Assembly (NCBI GenBank): GCA_963767925.1
Contig: CAVYGB010000008.1
Span: 608,001 to 672,000, forward strand
Length of the DNA stretch: 64,000 nucleotides
Direction: 5' to 3'
DNA from: an uncultured delta proteobacterium
GTDB taxonomy: Bacteria > Myxococcota_A > Polyangia > Fen-1088
Position numbers and translations under genes: made by a program. Positions 59,027 through 64,000 of this stretch are shown piece after piece (the first letter of the stretch is position 1; the number at the start of each line of letters is the position of its first letter). Below the pieces are notes generated by a model, which saw nothing but the letters and a program-made list of their open reading frames with translations, had not been told where the DNA came from and ran no database searches.

Positions 59027-61652
59027 ATGGGTATCCCCTCTGCGCTCACCCAGCGCGTGCGCACGGGCCAGGCCGTGCTCGTCGCCGGACTTGGGTTCTT
59101 CGATCCTGCGTCTGCGCGCGGCTGGGAGCCGCTCCTTCGCCGTCTGGCCGAGCGGTTCGCCGCCGGGGGCCCTGCTGCGCGCGAGTCGGCCCGCACCATC
59201 ATCGACCTGATCAACCGCGGGCGATCCGCCTCGGCCCTGGCCTGGCTGCGCCGGATGCTCTCCGAGGACGCGGTCAAGGAGGTGCTCGCCGAGGTCCAGG
59301 CCCAGGGGGGGGCGCCGCCGCCATCGCTGGACCTGGCCACCCGGCTGCCCTGGCAAGGGGTGGTGGCCACCTGCTTTCACGACGCCTGGGAGCGGACGCT
59401 CCGGAACGGTCGGGTCCGCCGCCTCGATCCCCGCCAGCTCGTGGCCAACGGGCGGGTCGAGAACGGGCTGCACCCGTTTTTCCTGCACGCCCTCGGCACC
59501 TGGTCGGATCCCGAGAGCCTGTGCTTCTCCCCGGCCGACCTGCACCGGCGGTCGATGCCCGGGGCGGTGGCGAGCTTCCTGCGCGAGCTGTTCGCCCAGC
59601 GGTCCTTCGTGTTCCTGGGTTTCCGGCCCGGCGACCCCGACCTGCAGCTCATCTTGCACCACATGCTCGGCTCGGCCCCCACCCAGAGCGAACACTTCCT
59701 CATCTTGCCCGAAGACGCCAGCAACCTCGACCCGGGCATGCAGTTCGACGTGCTCGGCGCCGAGCTCGATCTGGTGCCGGTCCCCTACCCGGGCACGCTC
59801 GAGGAGCTGCTGCGCAAGTGGGTCAACGGCCACGCCGAGGCGGCCAGCAAGGACGCGTCGGGCGACGGTGATCGCACCAACCCCGAGGTGATCGCCGACT
59901 CGGTCTCCGAGGCCCGGACCAACCCCGTGATCCAGCCCGCCCTGATGGCCTGGGTGCGCGACCAGCAGGGCCGCATCGCCGCCACGCCGGCCGCCGACCG
60001 GGCCCCCCTCTACGAGGAGATGGCCGACGTCTACCGGGACCGGCGCAACCCGGTGCACGCCATCTCCTGCTACCGGACGTCCCTGCAATACGAGCCGGCC
60101 CGCCGCTCGGCCCTCACCAAGCTGATCGAGCTTTACCAGACCCACAAGCACTGGCCGGCGGCCGAGGACGCCCTGGTGCGGCTGGCCGCCACCGAGACCG
60201 CGGTCGATCGCCGGGTGCAGCTCCTGTACCGGGCCGCCACCATCGCCCTCGACGAGCTGGACCGCCCCGCCCGGGCGGCGCAGCTGCTCGAGCGGGCGCT
60301 CATCGAGGCGCCCGATGCGGCCCAGCCCTTCGAGGCGTTCGAGCGGCTCCTCAACCAGGAGAAGAACTGGCAGGCGCTCGCCCGCCTCTACCAGAAGAGC
60401 GCCCGCGAGCTGGGGGCCGACGGGCCCGGCCGTCCGGTGAAGATCCGGGCGATGGACGGGCTGGCCGAGCTGGCCCTGCGCTTCTCCAAGGACCCCCGGG
60501 TGGCCATCAAGGCCCTCGAGGCGGCCGACACAATCGACCCCGACAACAGCGACCGCAAGGCGCTGATGGCGGCCCTCTACCAGCAGGCGGGACCCGAATT
60601 CGCCACCCGGTCCATCGCCCTGCACCACGCGGCCATCGCCGCCGACCCCGATCGGCTGGCCTCGTACCGGTCGCTGGCCGACCTCTACCGCGCGGCGGGG
60701 GATCGGGATCGCCTCTGGTGCGTCTCGGCCACCCTGACCTTCCTGCGCAAGGCCGACGACGAGCTGCGGGACATCTACGAGCGGGGCAAGCCGGCCCAGG
60801 CCCGGCCCCCCGCCCGCCGCATCGGCGCCGACGTCTGGGCGCGGGTGAGCCACCCCGACGCCGACGCGGAGATGTCCTCGCTGTTCTCGGTGCTGGGGCC
60901 GGTGCTGGCGGGCATGGCCGCTCTCACGGTGCAGGAGCTGGGTCTGCGTCAGGACGAGCGGGTCGATCCCGCGCGGGTGCCGGGCGCGGCCGGCCAGGCG
61001 CTGGCCGCGGTCAACGCCGGCGTCGACACGCCCCCGCTGCTGGTCTACCTGCGGGCGGCCGAGCGGCGGCCGGCCTCCGTGCGCATCGTCCGGCTGGGGG
61101 CCGAGCTGGCCCCGGCGCTCGTGCTCGGCGCGCCGCTGGGGGTGACGGCGGATCCCACCGACGCGATCCTGCCGATCGCCCGCTCGCTCCTGCTGCTGCA
61201 GCCGGAGCGGATCGTTTGCGCCCTCGATTCGAGCCGGGCCATGGCCCGCATCGGGCTGGAGGCGGCCCTGCACCTGGCCGGGCTCAAGCCGCCCTCGGAG
61301 GCCCTGCGCACCGACGCCGAGCGGGTCATCGCCCAGGTGACGGCGCTGTTGCCGGCGGCCAGCCGCGACCACATCGTCTCGGCGGCGCGGCGGCTCGTCG
61401 CCCAGCACGGCGGAACCCCGCCCGACGTGGATCGCTGGTGTGCCGGTGTCGAGCTGACCGCCAGCCGGGCTGCCTTCCTGCTGGTGAACGACCTGGGGGC
61501 GGCGGCCCGCTCCCTGTCGGCGGAGGCCACCACGAACCAGCCCCTCAGCGCCAAGCAGCGGCTCAAGGATCTCGATCGGCTTCTCGGTCAGCGAGGCCTA
61601 CTTCGAGGCCCGCAAGATGCTCGGCATCGGCGTCGGGCCCCGCGCCTCCTGA
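59027..61652 (+). CDS. SIR2-like domain + TPR protein (frameshift near 61575)
   Basis: LPWQGVVAT, LRELFAQRSFVFLGF..DPD; long TPR region; C-terminus FSVSEAYFEARKMLG in the shifted frame, TGA at 61650-61652. Confidence 0.8.
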
Positions 61653-61768
61653 TTACGGGGCGCTGCGCGGGTGTCTTGCAGTTCCGGGCTGTGCCCCGGC
61701 GGGTGTATAAGCCTCGAGAATATGTGATCGGGGCGTCACGACGCCGCGGTCGCCTGGAGGATTAAGAC

Positions 61769-62986
61769 ATGAACTGGCTTTCGGGAACGGGTCGTGTGCT
61801 CGCTTTGGTCCTGGTGGCGGCCGCGGGCGCCTGCGGCGAGGATGCGGAGCCGCCGGTGCTCTCGGATGCCGGAGCAGGTGACGGAGGCGGCGACGGCGGC
61901 CCCCCCGCCGGGTTGAAGCCCTTCAGCGAGGAGTTGCTCGGGCAGCTCCGCAAGCCCGCTGGCTTCGCGGTCGGTGTGTTCGCCCGCGATCTCGGGAGCC
62001 CGCGCCTGATGGCGCCGGGACCCGACGGGTCGATCTACGTGACCCGCAAGGCCAGCGGGGACGTCCTGCGGCTGCGTGACGCCGATGGCGACGGCGTGGC
62101 GGAGATCAAGGAGACCGCGGTGGCGGGCATCGACGGGGTGCACGGGATCGCGGTGCGGGAGGGCAAGCTTTACCTGGCCTCCACCCGCTACGTGTTCGCC
62201 GGAACGATCTCGGCCGACGGCTCGGTCGCCATGCCGATGGCGGTGGTGCTCGACCTGCCGGCGGGCGGCGATCATCCGGACCGGGCCATCGGCTTCGGCT
62301 CCGACGGCAAGCTCTACATCTCGGTCGCCGCGAGCTGCGACACCTGCGTCGACGAGAACCCGGAGCACGCCAGCATGTTGCAGACCACGACAACCGGCGC
62401 CGAGCGGACCGTCCTGGCGCGGGGGCTGCACAACACCATCGGGTTCGCCTGGCACCCGCTCACCGGGGAGCTGTGGGCAGCGGACGAGGGGCTGGGCCTG
62501 GCCGCCCCGGCGGCGACGCCGATGCCCGACGAGCTCAACCGCCTCACCATGGGCGGCCACTACGGCTGGCCCTACTGCTTCGGCAAGCGCCAGGCGAACA
62601 CCGCGGCCGCCGATCCGGCGGGGATGACGAAGGAGGCGTTCTGCCGCAACACCCAGTCGCCCGCCCTGGAGCTGGGCGCCCGGGGCGCGCCCTTCGGCTT
62701 CCTGTTCTACGGGGGCAGCGACTTTCCCGCCGAATACACCGGCGACGGCTTCCTGGCCCTGCGCGGCTCGCCGGGGCGACAGCCGGTCGCCGGCTTCAAG
62801 GTCGTCCGGGTCCGCTTCACCAGCGGGCAGCCGATGGCGGCCGAGGACTTCCTCTCCGGGTTCGTCGACGAGGCCGGCGAATATTTCGCCCGGCCGGCCG
62901 GCCTGGCGGTGGCGATGGATGGTGCGCTGCTGCTGGCCGATGACGCCAACGGCATCGTCTACCGCGTGTCGCACCCGGGGAACTGA
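61769..62986 (+). CDS. PQQ-dependent sugar / sorbosone dehydrogenase-like beta-propeller lipoprotein
   Basis: Lipobox AGAC; FGSDGKLYIS, ARGLHNTIGFAWHP, HYGWPYC, RPAGLAV..DGALL. Confidence 0.88.
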   Translation: MNWLSGTGRVLALVLVAAAGACGEDAEPPVLSDAGAGDGGGDGGPPAGLKPFSEELLGQLRKPAGFAVGVFARDLGSPRLMAPGPDGSIYVTRKASGDVLRLRDADGDGVAEIKETAVAGIDGVHGIAVREGKLYLASTRYVFAGTISADGSVAMPMAVVLDLPAGGDHPDRAIGFGSDGKLYISVAASCDTCVDENPEHASMLQTTTTGAERTVLARGLHNTIGFAWHPLTGELWAADEGLGLAAPAATPMPDELNRLTMGGHYGWPYCFGKRQANTAAADPAGMTKEAFCRNTQSPALELGARGAPFGFLFYGGSDFPAEYTGDGFLALRGSPGRQPVAGFKVVRVRFTSGQPMAAEDFLSGFVDEAGEYFARPAGLAVAMDGALLLADDANGIVYRVSHPGN

Positions 62987-62996
62987 GCCGGCCGTC

Positions 62997-63011
62997 TTTA
63001 CCTAACTTTAC
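62997..63011 (-). promoter_or_regulatory. CpxR-type binding box GTAAA-N5-GTAAA
   Basis: TTTAC-CTAAC-TTTAC on the + strand, about 90 bp upstream of the Spy/CpxP-like gene. Confidence 0.7.
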
Positions 63012-63100
63012 TTCCCGGCAAAACCCGCGACAAACCGGGCAGTCATGGTCTCGAGGTGGGCGGCGGTCGGAAGCCGCCGCCCCGGAAAGGCAGAGAGACC

Positions 63101-63625
63101 ATGACCGACAGCAACGCGAACGACACCCCCTCGACCGACGAGACCCCCCGCCCGCCAGCGCCCCCGCGCCGGCCCGGCCGGCGCTGGCTGTTCCTGGCCC
63201 TCCCGGCGGTGTTGCTGGGTGGGGCCCTGGGGGCCCGGGCGTACGCCTTCGGCCCGCGGGGCGACATGTCGCCCGAGCAGATGGACCGCTTCATCGAGCG
63301 GCGCATCGAGGGGTTCCTCGACGGCGTCGACGCCACCGACGACCAGCGGACGCGCATCAAGGCGACGCTGGCCCGCCTGCGCCCGGAAATGAAGGCCCTG
63401 CACGCGGACAAGGCCCGGCTGCGAGACGCCGGCAAGAAGGCCCTGGCCGCCAACCCCCTCGACGCCGCCGAGGTGGAGCGCCTGCGCCGGGAGGTGCTGG
63501 CCCTGGCCGACAAGGGCACCAGCCTGATGAGCCGCGCGCTGGTCGAGGTGGGAAACACGCTCACCCCCGAGCAGCGCCGGGAGGTCCTGCAGCACCTGGA
63601 GCGGCGCCACGGCCGCTGGCACTGA
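63101..63625 (+). CDS. Spy/CpxP family periplasmic adaptor
   Basis: TM/signal segment, DATDDQRTRI, terminal TLTPEQR (LTXXQ motif). Confidence 0.85.
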   Translation: MTDSNANDTPSTDETPRPPAPPRRPGRRWLFLALPAVLLGGALGARAYAFGPRGDMSPEQMDRFIERRIEGFLDGVDATDDQRTRIKATLARLRPEMKALHADKARLRDAGKKALAANPLDAAEVERLRREVLALADKGTSLMSRALVEVGNTLTPEQRREVLQHLERRHGRWH

Positions 63626-63684
63626 GGCGGGAGGGCCGCGACCGGGTCGGCGTGGCTTGCCCTGGTGCACTAGACTGAGGTGCC

Positions 63685-64000
63685 ATGGCGGCCCGGGTCC
63701 TGCTCATCGACGACGACAACCGGCTCGCGGAGATGCTGCTCGAGTATCTCCGCGGCCGCGGCTATTCGGTCGAGCACCGGGCCGAGGGGGGCAGCGGGCT
63801 GGCCCTGCTGGCCCAGCAGAGCTTCGACGCCGTCATCCTCGACGTCATGTTGCCCGATCTGGAAGGCTTCGAGGTCTGCCGGAGGATCCGGGCCCGCTCG
63901 CAGGTGCCGGTGCTGATGTTGACCGCCCGGGGCGACGAGCTCGACCGCATCGTGGGGCTGGAGCTGGGGGCCGACGACTACCTGCCCAAGCCCTTCAACC
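63685..64000 (+). CDS. OmpR/CpxR-family response regulator (truncated by the window end)
   Basis: [48 protein letters not shown], read manually; not in the ORF track. Confidence 0.92.
   Translation, partial: MAARVLLIDDDNRLAEMLLEYLRGRGYSVEHRAEGGSGLALLAQQSFDAVILDVMLPDLEGFEVCRRIRARSQVPVLMLTARGDELDRIVGLELGADDYLPKPFN

Overview
Very GC-rich bacterial chromosomal DNA. The gene content (PEGA/TPR proteins, Cys-rich lipoproteins, FHA signalling, DUF4388 response regulator, CFI-box protein) suggests Myxococcota, by inference. Most of the window is housekeeping or envelope genes: bioA, gluQ, recC-recB-recD, gnd, thioredoxin, an M16 peptidase pair, ctaA, thrC, RluA, HU and a cpxP-cpxR-like pair. There is also a secreted-protein island at about 17.5-24.5 kb. 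Several conserved genes carry isolated frameshifts that are probably consensus errors. The most striking structure is a 1413-bp IS1380-type element (30762-32174) inserted in the CTAG overlapping the stop codon of an MFS gene. It carries an internally deleted transposase, an intact four-helix-bundle (23S rRNA intervening-sequence protein family) passenger gene, and two inverted (GTTCCC)n arrays placed 57 and 58 bp inside each end. Other leads are a candidate structured ncRNA upstream of HU and four intact ORFs with eroded catalytic motifs (enolase, sigma54 activator, class II terpene cyclase, SIR2-TPR). All family calls come from motif recognition by eye; no database search was run.
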